Below the pieces are notes generated by a model, which saw only the letters and a list, made by a program, of their open reading frames with translations, was not told the origin of the DNA and searched no databases. Below are positions 47,807-57,247 of a DNA stretch of 61,732 nucleotides, one piece after another. Numbering within the stretch: the stretch's first letter is position 1; each line of letters begins with the position of its first letter. The stretch is from a virus (taxonomy: Duplodnaviria > Caudoviricetes): positions 1 through 61,732 of IMG/VR virus record IMGVR_UViG_3300030329_003372. The stretch is one strand, 5' to 3'. The translations under genes and the position numbers were made by a program.

Positions 47807-48535
47807 TCATGAACTCCCCCCCTTCGATGGGTCGAACTCATCGAGAAGTTCCTGTCGTGGATTCATCTTTTTCACTACGTTGAATCGTGATTGTGGTGTG
47901 TGTATACGACCGGGAATCTTCCCATCCCTGTCATCTCTAAGATTCTCTATCGTTTCGTATGCGGAACTACACCTTCTATTCGGACAAAATCTTGCAGTTA
48001 TTCTTCTGTCGGGTGTGATTGTTTCACCACAGAACAAACAATCTTGGTGTTCTCTTAGCATTTCTTTACACGCATCGTCACACCAAACAGTTCCTTTGTT
48101 TTCTTTCAACTTCCAAAACTTCTCGCCACAAGCGTGACAAGATTCATGCTTGACAAGACCAATGCCAACATCCCTATCGTTTCGATGAGCAACTATGGCT
48201 TCACCTGCCGATTGACAAGGCGGGCAATATCTTTTGTTAATTGCGCGTGGAAGGAATTCTTCTTCACAGAATTCACATACCTTTGGTGTAAGACGAAGAT
48301 TGGAATCAACTAAGTTTCCCATCCTGTCCCACACGCGACGCTCGGTAACGTGTTGACCTTGCTCAACTCTCTTCTCATCCCAATGGGCGTGTTGTTGCTT
48401 CTTCCTTGTGGCCTTACATTCAGGACACCATGTGGTCGCCTTTGTGCCGCCTCGTTTGAACCGTTTGTTACAACCGTCCTTTGTGCAAGTGCGCCACATG
48501 GATGAGGACAGGTGTATGTCCTTTTTAAATCCCAC
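47807..48535 (-). CDS. Multi-Zn-finger protein (repeated C..C..F...YC..C units)
   Basis: At least four CxxC-type repeats. Confidence 0.6.
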   Translation of the reverse strand: MGFKKDIHLSSSMWRTCTKDGCNKRFKRGGTKATTWCPECKATRKKQQHAHWDEKRVEQGQHVTERRVWDRMGNLVDSNLRLTPKVCEFCEEEFLPRAINKRYCPPCQSAGEAIVAHRNDRDVGIGLVKHESCHACGEKFWKLKENKGTVWCDDACKEMLREHQDCLFCGETITPDRRITARFCPNRRCSSAYETIENLRDDRDGKIPGRIHTPQSRFNVVKKMNPRQELLDEFDPSKGGSS

Positions 48536-48562
48536 GAATAGGGACTATCACGCTTACGTGTA

Positions 48563-48835
48563 TCAGGGCCACATCTGTATGAGGTATGTCCCATCAGGTT
48601 GGTAGTGCTTCAACTTCAACATGGCATCATCATCCCATGCTTGGAGGAATGCGATAAGGGCAGGTGTGAATCCTTCGACATACAACGTGACCCAATCGGG
48701 GTCGTTATCATAGAGCCATTGAGAGCATACTGCTTTCATCCAACTGTAGTCATCCATCTTGTCTTCAGGTATACCTTCAGGGAACACGATGTGTTCAGCA
48801 GGTGATGGGTGTCGCCCGAACAATGCTATGTTCAT
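48563..48835 (-). CDS. Hypothetical protein
   Basis: Coupled to the helicase gene. Confidence 0.5.
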   Translation of the reverse strand: MNIALFGRHPSPAEHIVFPEGIPEDKMDDYSWMKAVCSQWLYDNDPDWVTLYVEGFTPALIAFLQAWDDDAMLKLKHYQPDGTYLIQMWP

Positions 48836-51468
48836 TCAATCACTTCCTTTGGTTTCTTCTTGCTTACCTTCTTACCGAAGTCAGAAGGTAGGTCGCCGCT
48901 CTCTATCATACTCTCAATGAGAGCAGCCACAATACCTGCTCGCTCATCCAAGTCACCACCATCAAGGACAGCCTTCACTACCTTGCGCTTCTCTTCAATC
49001 ACTCGGTCGAACTTCTCATCAATGGTTCCCTTGACTGATATGTATGTGGCCCAAACTGTTTCAGCATCTTGACCAATGCGGTTAATGCGGTCCTCGGCTT
49101 GCTCTTCCCAACCGGGAACCCACTCACGTTCTACGAAGAGAACAGTGTCGGCTGCTGTGAGAGTGATGCCTTCTTTGGCAGCGAGGGTTGAACAACATAG
49201 TATGTCGAGCGCACCTGATTGGAACTGCTCAACTCTTTGTTGTCTGACTTGGGCATCAGTCCCACCCACAATACCTGCGATGCTGTAGTCTTTCTTGAGT
49301 GCGTTCATGAGAGCAGTGCCAACATCCTTGTGGTGGAAGAACACAACCAATGGTGTGTCAGGGTTCTGTTCTTTGTATTCCTTGACCCATGCTACTGTTG
49401 AGTTCACCTTGAGTAAACCACATTGGTGTCGAAGGTCGGTCAGCATATTGAGGACGAACCCTGCGGGCATGGAACCTCTTGACTGATGCTGTTGATACTC
49501 GGTCATCCATGCGTCATGGCATTCCTTGTAGGCACGAAGGTCCGCTGCTGTTGGGTCCACTGTGTGTATGCTACGAATCTTGTCAGGTAGTTCATCCATC
49601 ACTTCCTTCTTGAGTCGGCGTATACAGAAGTCGCGTGTTCTCTCATGTAGTTCATCAGTGTTGGTTGCTTTATCGTATTGCCAAGCATACCGACCTCGCC
49701 CAATGTGAACTTGTTGTCCACCACAGTATCGCACACCATAGGTATGGAAGGATGGGTATTCAGCAGGGCGTAGTAGGTTGAGCGTAGTGAAGAACTCGGA
49801 AGGTCGGTTGGTAATCGCAGTGCCTGTCAAACAGATGACTGAATCAGTTGCTTCAGCAATAGTCAGTGATGCTTGTGTGCGCTGCGCCTTCTTGTTCTTC
49901 AAGTAGTGTGACTCATCAAAGACACTGATGTTAAAACCATACTTGAGTAGGTTGGGTAGTTGCTTCTTCATCAAGTCGTAGTTGATAACTACGAAGTCTT
50001 GCCCCGCAGGTATGTCGGTCTTGCCATTCTTCACAGCGAAGGTCGAGGCTTGTGGTAACCACGTTCGTAGTTCCTTAACCCAATTGTATTTGACTGAAGC
50101 AGGGCATACAATGAGAGCGGGCCACTTGTCTGTGTTCAATGCACAGTAACCAATGGCTTGGATGGTCTTACCCACACCCATGTCATCACCGATAAGACAA
50201 CGACCACCTGATAGTTCAGCGAACTGAACACCAACGTATTGGAATGGGTATAGTTCAAAGCCTTCAGGGAAGGACTCATCGAATGTCTTCTTCATGTTCT
50301 CTATCTGTTCCTCATTGTTGAGAGAAGCAGCACCACTGATGGCAATCCTTTCGGCTCGCTCTTGTAAGTAAGTGTCCACTTGTTCGATGGACTGAAGACT
50401 TGACTTGAGTTTGTTGAGGACAGCGAGAACTTCTTTCGACGGTTGCCCGTCGAGGAAACGTTCCAAGCGTGTCATGAAGTCACCGGCTTGGGCGATGCTA
50501 AACGTCCACACCTTGCGGTCGGCATTCCACTTGCGCCCATCAGTTCCTTTGATGAGTCCCATGATTTGTCCTCGGTCACTTGGGTTCGCAAGGTATGGTG
50601 TCTTGACTACAAGCATGGTTCCCTTCTCAAGTGTGACAGAAGTATCATCCTTACTTGCGGGCGCAGTTGTCTGTTCTATAGCAACCTCGGCCAACTCCTT
50701 CAGGTGGTCATCCACATACCAACCGAACTTCTCTATGGCATTGATGACAGCCACGATGGTAGCCTTGTCATTCTTGATAGTCCACAACTTGAGTGAGCCA
50801 TCGAACTTGGAACCGGGGAAGGGTGCTGCACCCTTGATGACATTATTGAGGTCAGGGTTGTATGTGAAGACAAGACCAATGCGTTCTGTCTTGGTTGTCT
50901 TGCCCCACTTGTTTGTCCACACATCCTGAACTATCTTACTCTTGACTGTCTTGAGTCTTATCTCGGCTGCCACCCAATCGGCTGCCTTCTGTGCTGCTGA
51001 CTTCTTCAACTCTTCAACTTGCGCTTCAGTGCAACCAAGTTCAATCAACTTCGCAAGAGCATTCTCTTCGATGGTGTGGTCGCCCTTCTTGTATGCTTGA
51101 GCCAATGAGTGTTCGGCTGATGATACTGCTGCCTTGTGCTTGGCTTGCTTGCGTTGAACTTCCTTCGCTCGCTCGCCTTGTATCTTCATCTGTTCAAGTG
51201 ACTTACCTACATCTTTGGCTAAGTCAGTAAGTCCTAACTCTCGTAGGATGCGAGGCAACTGCGTGTTGCGATACTTGTGAAAGCGAGTTGCTGCTTCAAG
51301 GAACTCATGTTCCTCAATGGTTTCTTGCTGTGCTATCTGTGAGAAGAAGGGCCAATCAGGTTTGTTCGGTCCTTGCCCATCGTCACAGTTAGGCGCACCA
51401 TAGGAAACAAGTTTCCCAATGATGCGATGCACTACTGCCGGGTCAATTGGTGTTGTTGTCATCATCAT
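48832..51468 (-). CDS. SNF2-family (HARP/SMARCAL1-like) helicase
   Basis: GDDMGVGKT, FDESH, LTGT and QAEDRINRIGQ; two N-terminal HARP-like W motifs. Confidence 0.9.
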   Translation of the reverse strand: MMMTTTPIDPAVVHRIIGKLVSYGAPNCDDGQGPNKPDWPFFSQIAQQETIEEHEFLEAATRFHKYRNTQLPRILRELGLTDLAKDVGKSLEQMKIQGERAKEVQRKQAKHKAAVSSAEHSLAQAYKKGDHTIEENALAKLIELGCTEAQVEELKKSAAQKAADWVAAEIRLKTVKSKIVQDVWTNKWGKTTKTERIGLVFTYNPDLNNVIKGAAPFPGSKFDGSLKLWTIKNDKATIVAVINAIEKFGWYVDDHLKELAEVAIEQTTAPASKDDTSVTLEKGTMLVVKTPYLANPSDRGQIMGLIKGTDGRKWNADRKVWTFSIAQAGDFMTRLERFLDGQPSKEVLAVLNKLKSSLQSIEQVDTYLQERAERIAISGAASLNNEEQIENMKKTFDESFPEGFELYPFQYVGVQFAELSGGRCLIGDDMGVGKTIQAIGYCALNTDKWPALIVCPASVKYNWVKELRTWLPQASTFAVKNGKTDIPAGQDFVVINYDLMKKQLPNLLKYGFNISVFDESHYLKNKKAQRTQASLTIAEATDSVICLTGTAITNRPSEFFTTLNLLRPAEYPSFHTYGVRYCGGQQVHIGRGRYAWQYDKATNTDELHERTRDFCIRRLKKEVMDELPDKIRSIHTVDPTAADLRAYKECHDAWMTEYQQHQSRGSMPAGFVLNMLTDLRHQCGLLKVNSTVAWVKEYKEQNPDTPLVVFFHHKDVGTALMNALKKDYSIAGIVGGTDAQVRQQRVEQFQSGALDILCCSTLAAKEGITLTAADTVLFVEREWVPGWEEQAEDRINRIGQDAETVWATYISVKGTIDEKFDRVIEEKRKVVKAVLDGGDLDERAGIVAALIESMIESGDLPSDFGKKVSKKKPKEVIE

Positions 51469-51481
51469 TCCTCACTTAACA

Positions 51482-51505
51482 TTCTACTCTTGGTTTAAAT
51501 ATAAT
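51482..51505 (-). promoter_or_regulatory. Conserved viral TATA promoter, copy 10
   Basis: Near-consensus. Confidence 0.75.
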
Positions 51506-51594
51506 TCAATCAACCTTACACCAACATGAGTCTAAGCATTTACCATTGGCATCCCATTCGTGTGGGATAGGTTGGGTCATGGCATACCAAAGAA

Positions 51595-51993
51595 TCATTC
51601 TTCCTCACTCTCCTTCTGTTCTTTGTAAAGCATCTGCCCTAACTGTAGTAACAGTTGGAATGCCAAGAGCGTCTTCTTCTTCGACAAGTTCTTGCTCACG
51701 CCATACTCATGCTTGACTATCGCTGAACACGAACGACCTTTGCCTGTCAATCTCATGCCTTTCATCTCCGTTTCAATTCCCATTTGAAGCATACCGTAGC
51801 GCATACTAATGGTGGGTATCTCACGTAGTTCATGTGCAATTTTCCTCACGCTCATGCCAACGACTTCGGTTCCACCTGTGAACTGTTGTGAGAGAATGAA
51901 CTCTTCACCATCGAGTGTGCTTGTGCAGCAGTAGCCATCCAAACCATCGCTGAAGTCTTCCGTTCTCATATTCCATTCCCCCATTCGTAGCAC
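51595..51993 (-). CDS. Hypothetical protein
   Basis: ORF track; start uncertain. Confidence 0.5.
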   Translation of the reverse strand: MLRMGEWNMRTEDFSDGLDGYCCTSTLDGEEFILSQQFTGGTEVVGMSVRKIAHELREIPTISMRYGMLQMGIETEMKGMRLTGKGRSCSAIVKHEYGVSKNLSKKKTLLAFQLLLQLGQMLYKEQKESEEE

Positions 51994-52101
51994 TGCTCGC
52001 AGCAGTAGTCGGTCGCCTTGCCATCATCATTTCTGTATGCGTCACCGAGGGTGAACTCACCCACTTCGCACCACAAGCACAGTCTTATCGTTCTCATTCT
52101 A

Positions 52102-52266
52102 TCACCTCAAACATTCAGGTGAGCAAGTTCCCCGCACACCATCACCACATGGCATACACACCTTGTGTGTCTTACACCACCAATCGCTGTCCTCTTTTAC
52201 TTCGTGACCACATTCAGGACAGTTGACTATCCATACCCAATCACGACCGTTGCTCGCTAACCTCAT
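52102..52266 (-). CDS. Zn-finger microprotein (54 aa)
   Basis: Manual translation: CPEC, CKTH, CMPC and CSPEC. Confidence 0.5.
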   Translation of the reverse strand: MRLASNGRDWVWIVNCPECGHEVKEDSDWWCKTHKVCMPCGDGVRGTCSPECLR

Positions 52267-52290
52267 TCATTCATCTCCTTGTATGGTTGC

Positions 52291-52368
52291 GGCACAGGGG
52301 GGTATGCAAAGGGCCATGCCAAACCCTCTCACCGGCCCCCCTGCACCGACTTGTGTAAAACCGGTGAG
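52291..52368 (-). ncRNA. Putative intergenic RNA pseudoknot
   Basis: Interleaved 8-bp and 12-bp stems plus a small hairpin. Confidence 0.4.
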
Positions 52369-52383
52369 TGTGAATAGTAGTCA

Positions 52384-52644
52384 TCATTCGTTCACCCCTA
52401 AGAGAACATCCATGAGGCGGAAGTATGGTTCTTCCCCTATGTCATCAATGATGACTCGCTCTAATTGTTTAGCCATCTCGGAAACATACCTGCCACCTGC
52501 TTGACCTTCACCTGCTATCTCTCCCAAGAAAAGTATAGAGGGGAAGCCCCTTCGTTGTCTATGGAAATCGGCCATGTCTCTCGGTGTGAGTTCAAACTCC
52601 GCTCCATCATCATCCGTTATCGTGTATTTCTTATCTTGAATCAT
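52384..52644 (-). CDS. Hypothetical protein
   Basis: 86-aa ORF. Confidence 0.5.
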   Translation of the reverse strand: MIQDKKYTITDDDGAEFELTPRDMADFHRQRRGFPSILFLGEIAGEGQAGGRYVSEMAKQLERVIIDDIGEEPYFRLMDVLLGVNE

Positions 52645-52852
52645 GCGTTCACTTCCATTATGATACAGGCGTCACAGTAGACACCCCACTTTGAAACACA
52701 GTCAGGGCATGACTTGCCTTTGAGGTCACAAGTGACACACATTCAAGCATTCCTCCGTGCGGGGCATGGGTCTTTCACCATGTGTATTCGGTCACACTCT
52801 TTGCACCGTGCGTATAGTGCAGGGTAGTTCGGCCCGCCTCGTAGTCTGACGT

Positions 52853-53020
52853 TCATTCATTCACCCCACTACTTGGCAAGGCTTGGTGTGCGTGTGGTGC
52901 GAGGCTTGTGCCTTTCAGCACACGCCGCACACATAGCCTGTCCACTAAGTTCCCTTTGTTGTTCCTTACTTTTCTGTAGAAGTATTCATTCTCAAAGGCT
53001 GCTGCTTGTCTTGTTCTCAT
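52853..53020 (-). CDS. Small basic protein (55 aa)
   Basis: First ORF after promoter copy 11 (manual translation). Confidence 0.45.
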   Translation of the reverse strand: MRTRQAAAFENEYFYRKVRNNKGNLVDRLCVRRVLKGTSLAPHAHQALPSSGVNE

Positions 53021-53039
53021 CGGTTTCCCTCAATCACAG

Positions 53040-53063
53040 TTCTACTGTTGGTTTAAATAGAAA
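53040..53063 (-). promoter_or_regulatory. Conserved viral TATA promoter, copy 11
   Basis: Consensus, TTTC variant. Confidence 0.8.
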
Positions 53064-53496
53064 AGCCATTCAGTCCATTGGTTTTGTTTGGATGGAATCA
53101 GACTCATGCCTCATGATGAATCAATGGTTGCCTCATGATTTTGAGGCGAGGTGCTTGACTCATCATTACTCACTATGTCTATCTGATAATACAAGTATGT
53201 AGTATAGAGAGTAGTGAGTTGAGTTGCGCCGACGGCTTGACTCAAAATAGTGAGTGAGGTAGTGAGTCGTCATGAGTTATGAGGTCATCATCAACACCCA
53301 CGTGATAGGATTTGGAAGTCAGTAAGTCCTGACTTGTAGTAGTTGTAACACCTTACGCGTAAGAGAATCAGCAATCGCCACGCGTGAGTCGTCGGTCTAT
53401 AGAGTCGAGGTCACCATCACGATGCGCGAGGTTAAGAGGGGAGCATCAGGATGCGTAGCCCGCTCGCAAAGAATCAAGATATTGTGGGCGTGTCAC

Positions 53497-53512
53497 CCAC
53501 CCATATGGGTGG
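53497..53512. repeat. 16-bp perfect palindrome CCACCCATATGGGTGG, copy 1
   Basis: Identical copy at 54444-54459. Confidence 0.85.
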
Positions 53513-53596
53513 CTTGCCATTAGCCACAAGGTGTGCGAGTAGCACACCGCCGGGGCGCAAGCCGCGCCGCGCGGGTCGCGCTAAATTGGATTTGCC

Positions 53597-53644
53597 AAAA
53601 AAAAAGCCCCCACGCAGGGGCGCCGAAGCGCCCCCACGCAGGGG
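53597..53644 (-). terminator. GC hairpin (UUCG loop) plus T9 terminator
   Basis: GGGGCGC-TTCG-GCGCCCC and TTTTTTTTT downstream of the 53667 gene; 15-bp direct repeat GCCCCCACGCAGGGG x2. Confidence 0.7.
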
Positions 53645-53666
53645 AGTGTGTGTTCGTGTGTGTGCC

Positions 53667-54314
53667 TCAAGCGAGGTCTTCCGGGTCTTGGCCCACGTGT
53701 GTGGCCGCCTCCCGTAGCACCGCCGCTTTGTCACCCTGCCACCACTCGGCACCGTAGTTGTCCGGGTGACGCGCCCACGCCTTCATAGCACTCATGGCGT
53801 CCGGGTATGGGCGCAGGGTGTCGTCGTCCTTGCTCACGGTCACGCCGCGAGCGTAGAACAGGCCACCGGCTGCCTCCGCCAACTCAAGCGCAAGGCTGCG
53901 GGCTGCTGCCTTCGCCTCGTTCTTGGCTGCCTTCCGTGCCATGCCCGCTCCGTGAGCGAGCAAGTAGCGCACAGTGCCTTTGTGTGCGCCGCCCTTGACG
54001 GTCCAAGTGGACCGTAGGCTATGGACGAGGCCCGCTTTGGGCACGTTCTTGGCCGTTGGTAGGCCGTCGAACATCTCCTTGCCGGTGTCCAAGCAAGCGG
54101 TTATGCACCGCTTCACGAAGGCGTTCACTTGCCCACGTGTGTATGTCTGCTCGTCGCTGTGTTCAGGCCACGCGCCGTTCAGGTCTGCTCGCACAGTGAG
54201 CGTCTTTGCGCTCCCCTGCACAAACGTGCTGACGTCACTGAAGACGTCCGCCATCTGGTCGGCGTATGGTGCTGTCATGTCTACTTCGTTGCTGTTGCTG
54301 CTGTTGTCTGCCAT
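53667..54314 (-). CDS. Ala-rich hypothetical protein, monocistronic GC-rich gene
   Basis: Has its own promoter (copy 12) and terminator. Confidence 0.7.
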   Translation of the reverse strand: MADNSSNSNEVDMTAPYADQMADVFSDVSTFVQGSAKTLTVRADLNGAWPEHSDEQTYTRGQVNAFVKRCITACLDTGKEMFDGLPTAKNVPKAGLVHSLRSTWTVKGGAHKGTVRYLLAHGAGMARKAAKNEAKAAARSLALELAEAAGGLFYARGVTVSKDDDTLRPYPDAMSAMKAWARHPDNYGAEWWQGDKAAVLREAATHVGQDPEDLA

Positions 54315-54334
54315 TTGAGTTCCCTCAATAGGAG

Positions 54335-54358
54335 TTCTACTGTTGGTTTAAATAGAAA
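54335..54358 (-). promoter_or_regulatory. Conserved viral TATA promoter, copy 12
   Basis: Consensus, TTTC variant. Confidence 0.8.
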
Positions 54359-54397
54359 AGGGTTCAGTGACTCGATTGCCATCGTGATGCGCGAGCC

Positions 54398-54909
54398 AAT
54401 TTAGCGGGGTCAATTAGCGTGTGTAAAGGGAGGGCGGCACAGGCCACCCATATGGGTGGGGATGCAACCGGGTTCGTGCGGAACAGGGGGTTGTAGTCAT
54501 CAGTCGGTCATCTATAGACGCCCGCCCGACCGCCCGCTTGACAGTCGCTTGCGACCGCTTGCGCTATAGAAGCGGTCTATAGATTCCTGAATCAGCGAGC
54601 ATTAGCGCGTCAGCGCTAATCCGAGCGTTCTATAGAACCCGACGATGACCCATGCGCGAGAGGGGATTGCTATAGACCGACCCACGCAAGCCCGACCCCG
54701 ACAGGGCCGCAGTGCAGCGTTCTATAGACCCCCTATAGACCGGGCCACTGCTAATTTAGCGCGACCCCTTAGCCGGAGGAATGGGAATTTAACGTCGAAT
54801 TTAGCGCTTCTTAGCCACGCGCAGCGCTCCAACAAAAAAATTTTGAAAAGCAAAAAATTTAGCGCCGCTAAATTCCGGTATGTATATTTGTTTTGACATT
54901 TTAGCGCCG
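54398..54909. repeat. Non-coding strand-switch region with CTATAG palindromes and (A)ATTTAGCG repeats (candidate genome end/packaging site or origin)
   Basis: CTATAGA at 54512, 54564, 54577, 54630, 54670, 54722 and 54733; inverted repeats at 54601-54620 and 54856-54874. Confidence 0.65.
54444..54459. repeat. 16-bp perfect palindrome CCACCCATATGGGTGG, copy 2
   Basis: Identical to 53497-53512. Confidence 0.85.
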
Positions 54910-54912
54910 CCT

Positions 54913-56403
54913 ATGGCGACAGCGTTCGATAAAGCGTGGTCGTTTACGAAAATGACCGCTTTCCGTCCTACGGAAGAGGCGTTCAATGTCCACGGTGAGA
55001 GAGAAAGATTACATCAACTCGCTGACATTCTTAGAGATGACCCTGCTATCAATATGAGGCCACGCGACCATATTGGTTTAGAAAGAGTTGGTCATAGAAA
55101 AGGCGAATATGATGTAGGAAGAGTCTTGTCAAATCTTATTGTAGACCGTCCTTTATTGCCTGAAACATTGAAGAGGTTAAGAGCATTGTATGGAACAGCA
55201 GATGCATACAAAATTGATACCGACAAAAATTCTCCTACATATGGAGCCATGATGTATTCAATAGCACCAAAGAGAAGAGGTGGTGAAGGAGAATCAGGTT
55301 CACCGCTTGACCAATTTGAAAGACCTGAAAGTTCTTGGCACGGAAAAGGAACATCACATACTGTTCCTGAACGAACACAAATCACACCTGAACATCGTGA
55401 AAGAATGTTGAACACCCCTCAAACCCCGGAGGAAGAGCGGGCGATGGATTTGTTTGATACAAGTTTAGAGAGTGGTGGAATTTCACGTGGTCGTTATCCG
55501 ATATGGAATAAAATGAGAGTTGCGGGTGAGATTGATTATGCAAAGAACATTTTCGATGTTATCCATCATTGGAATCCAAAATGGGGGCGACCGCCCGACC
55601 TGCATCCTGATGCATCGGAAGAAGAAATTCAAGCATACTACGCCGCAGCCGTGAAATTGAAAGAAGATTGGATAGCAGACAACGGCTATATGCCAGCAAA
55701 GCCAAGCATAAGAGCAATCATTGAACAAGAAAATAAATTGTCACCGGATTGGAATGAATTGATTCATGAACATGGTTTCCTACCACCACGGAGTGATGTT
55801 GGACACCCGCACCCGAACGCGGAAATGAATAGGCGTGTTAGAGAAGAAATGGGACATGACCCACACAAAATGGGGAAAGCGGAAAAACATTTCAGAAGAA
55901 GAATGGACGATGCCAATATACCTCATCCGTGGGTTAGACCGATACAACCACACGTAGCAGAAACATTTTATGAAGAAAATAATAAGAAGTTTTTTGCATC
56001 AGAAGAAGGACAACAGAAATTACGAAATCAACTATTAGAAACAGGTAGATTATCAAACAAATGGTGGGGATATTTACAAGAACATCCTGAACTTGAGCAT
56101 TTGGGCATGGGGCCGGGCGATTTACCTGATGAAATTAAAGAAAAACTTCCTGTTCTACAACCTCTACGAACTTTGCAACCTGATTGGGCAGAAACATTCA
56201 TGCCACAAAATCCCGGTGATGTTTCAAGAGCAGTTGGTGAACTTACCGGTGGCGAAAGTAGTATAGTTCCCAAACTCAACCCCGTTTCAAGAATGTTCAC
56301 ACCGGAACAAGAAGAGCAAAGTTGGGGTTGGTCAAGTAGTAAAAAAGGTAAACCAATGGATTTGGCTTGGCGACTATTGAAAGAAACCGGCACATATATT
56401 TGA
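54913..56403 (+). CDS. Hypothetical protein with AWxxxK tag at both ends
   Basis: MATAFDKAWSFTK... and ...KGKPMDLAWRLLK. Confidence 0.7.
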   Translation: MATAFDKAWSFTKMTAFRPTEEAFNVHGERERLHQLADILRDDPAINMRPRDHIGLERVGHRKGEYDVGRVLSNLIVDRPLLPETLKRLRALYGTADAYKIDTDKNSPTYGAMMYSIAPKRRGGEGESGSPLDQFERPESSWHGKGTSHTVPERTQITPEHRERMLNTPQTPEEERAMDLFDTSLESGGISRGRYPIWNKMRVAGEIDYAKNIFDVIHHWNPKWGRPPDLHPDASEEEIQAYYAAAVKLKEDWIADNGYMPAKPSIRAIIEQENKLSPDWNELIHEHGFLPPRSDVGHPHPNAEMNRRVREEMGHDPHKMGKAEKHFRRRMDDANIPHPWVRPIQPHVAETFYEENNKKFFASEEGQQKLRNQLLETGRLSNKWWGYLQEHPELEHLGMGPGDLPDEIKEKLPVLQPLRTLQPDWAETFMPQNPGDVSRAVGELTGGESSIVPKLNPVSRMFTPEQEEQSWGWSSSKKGKPMDLAWRLLKETGTYI

Positions 56404-56423
56404 TAAGGCTTCTTCCTCGCGTC

Positions 56424-56786
56424 ATGGCGCAACCGTTCCGTCGGGCTTGGGTTATACTCAAGCAGGGTCCTTACGACCACCAAAACCCGGATGAGCGACC
56501 ACGCGGATTATACCCTCCTTACAGTGAGCAGATACCAACAGATTGGCCTCCCTATGACCCGCGACCGTATGAACCACACCCGGACGACCCATCAGATTGG
56601 CCTCCAAGACCGGATATAGAACCCTACGACCCTCATCGCCGCCCCCATACGCAGCCAAATCCATTTGACCCAAGTAGTCGAATAGCCGAAATTCAGACAC
56701 AAATTCAACGGTTGGAAGCAGAACTACAACGTTTACTTCAAATGCAAGCAGGTGCAGGTGGAGGTGGTCACCCGTGGGAAAGATGA
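56424..56786 (+). CDS. Pro-rich protein with N-terminal AW tag and C-terminal coiled coil
   Basis: MAQPFRRAWVILK; DWPP/PYDP repeats. Confidence 0.65.
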   Translation: MAQPFRRAWVILKQGPYDHQNPDERPRGLYPPYSEQIPTDWPPYDPRPYEPHPDDPSDWPPRPDIEPYDPHRRPHTQPNPFDPSSRIAEIQTQIQRLEAELQRLLQMQAGAGGGGHPWER

Positions 56787-57247
56787 GTCCTTTTGAATTA
56801 GCATGGTCGCTTTTGAAGGACGTATCTATGCTCGGTTCAGAACCGTGGAAAGATGTGCGCGAACAAGCATTGTTGGATGCATCGAGAGAACAACATACAG
56901 ACGAAGGATGGAAAGAAAGCGGAAGGCAAAGACCGGGTTTGGCTACAATTGCCGGTGGTGTGCCCCCTCTCACATCAGATAATTCAGAACCTGAAGACCT
57001 TCCCTATCAAGGTATGACGCAAGAAGAGGCAGATGAGTTTAATCGGCAAATGGCGCTACAAGCACAAGCACAAGATAGGTTGGTTCCAAAAGCAACCAAC
57101 CTATCGCCCATAGTTTGGCCGAACAACCCACCGCAATCCTCCGGTAGATTGCGATTGGCAACCGGCTCTATCCCGCAACAAGGAATGCCGGATTATCCAT
57201 TCGTCGGTGTAAAACCAAGAATAAATGAAACAAACCCGTTTGCATAG
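56783..57247 (+). CDS. Hypothetical protein with N-terminal AW tag
   Basis: MSPFELAWSLLK; ATGA overlap. Confidence 0.65.
   Translation: MSPFELAWSLLKDVSMLGSEPWKDVREQALLDASREQHTDEGWKESGRQRPGLATIAGGVPPLTSDNSEPEDLPYQGMTQEEADEFNRQMALQAQAQDRLVPKATNLSPIVWPNNPPQSSGRLRLATGSIPQQGMPDYPFVGVKPRINETNPFA

Noticed and set aside
12264-51600. Recurrent C-terminal GDEEE/GEEE as a protein motif
   Set aside because: Explained by the next gene's SD (GGTGAGG/GGAGATGA) and ATGA overlap.
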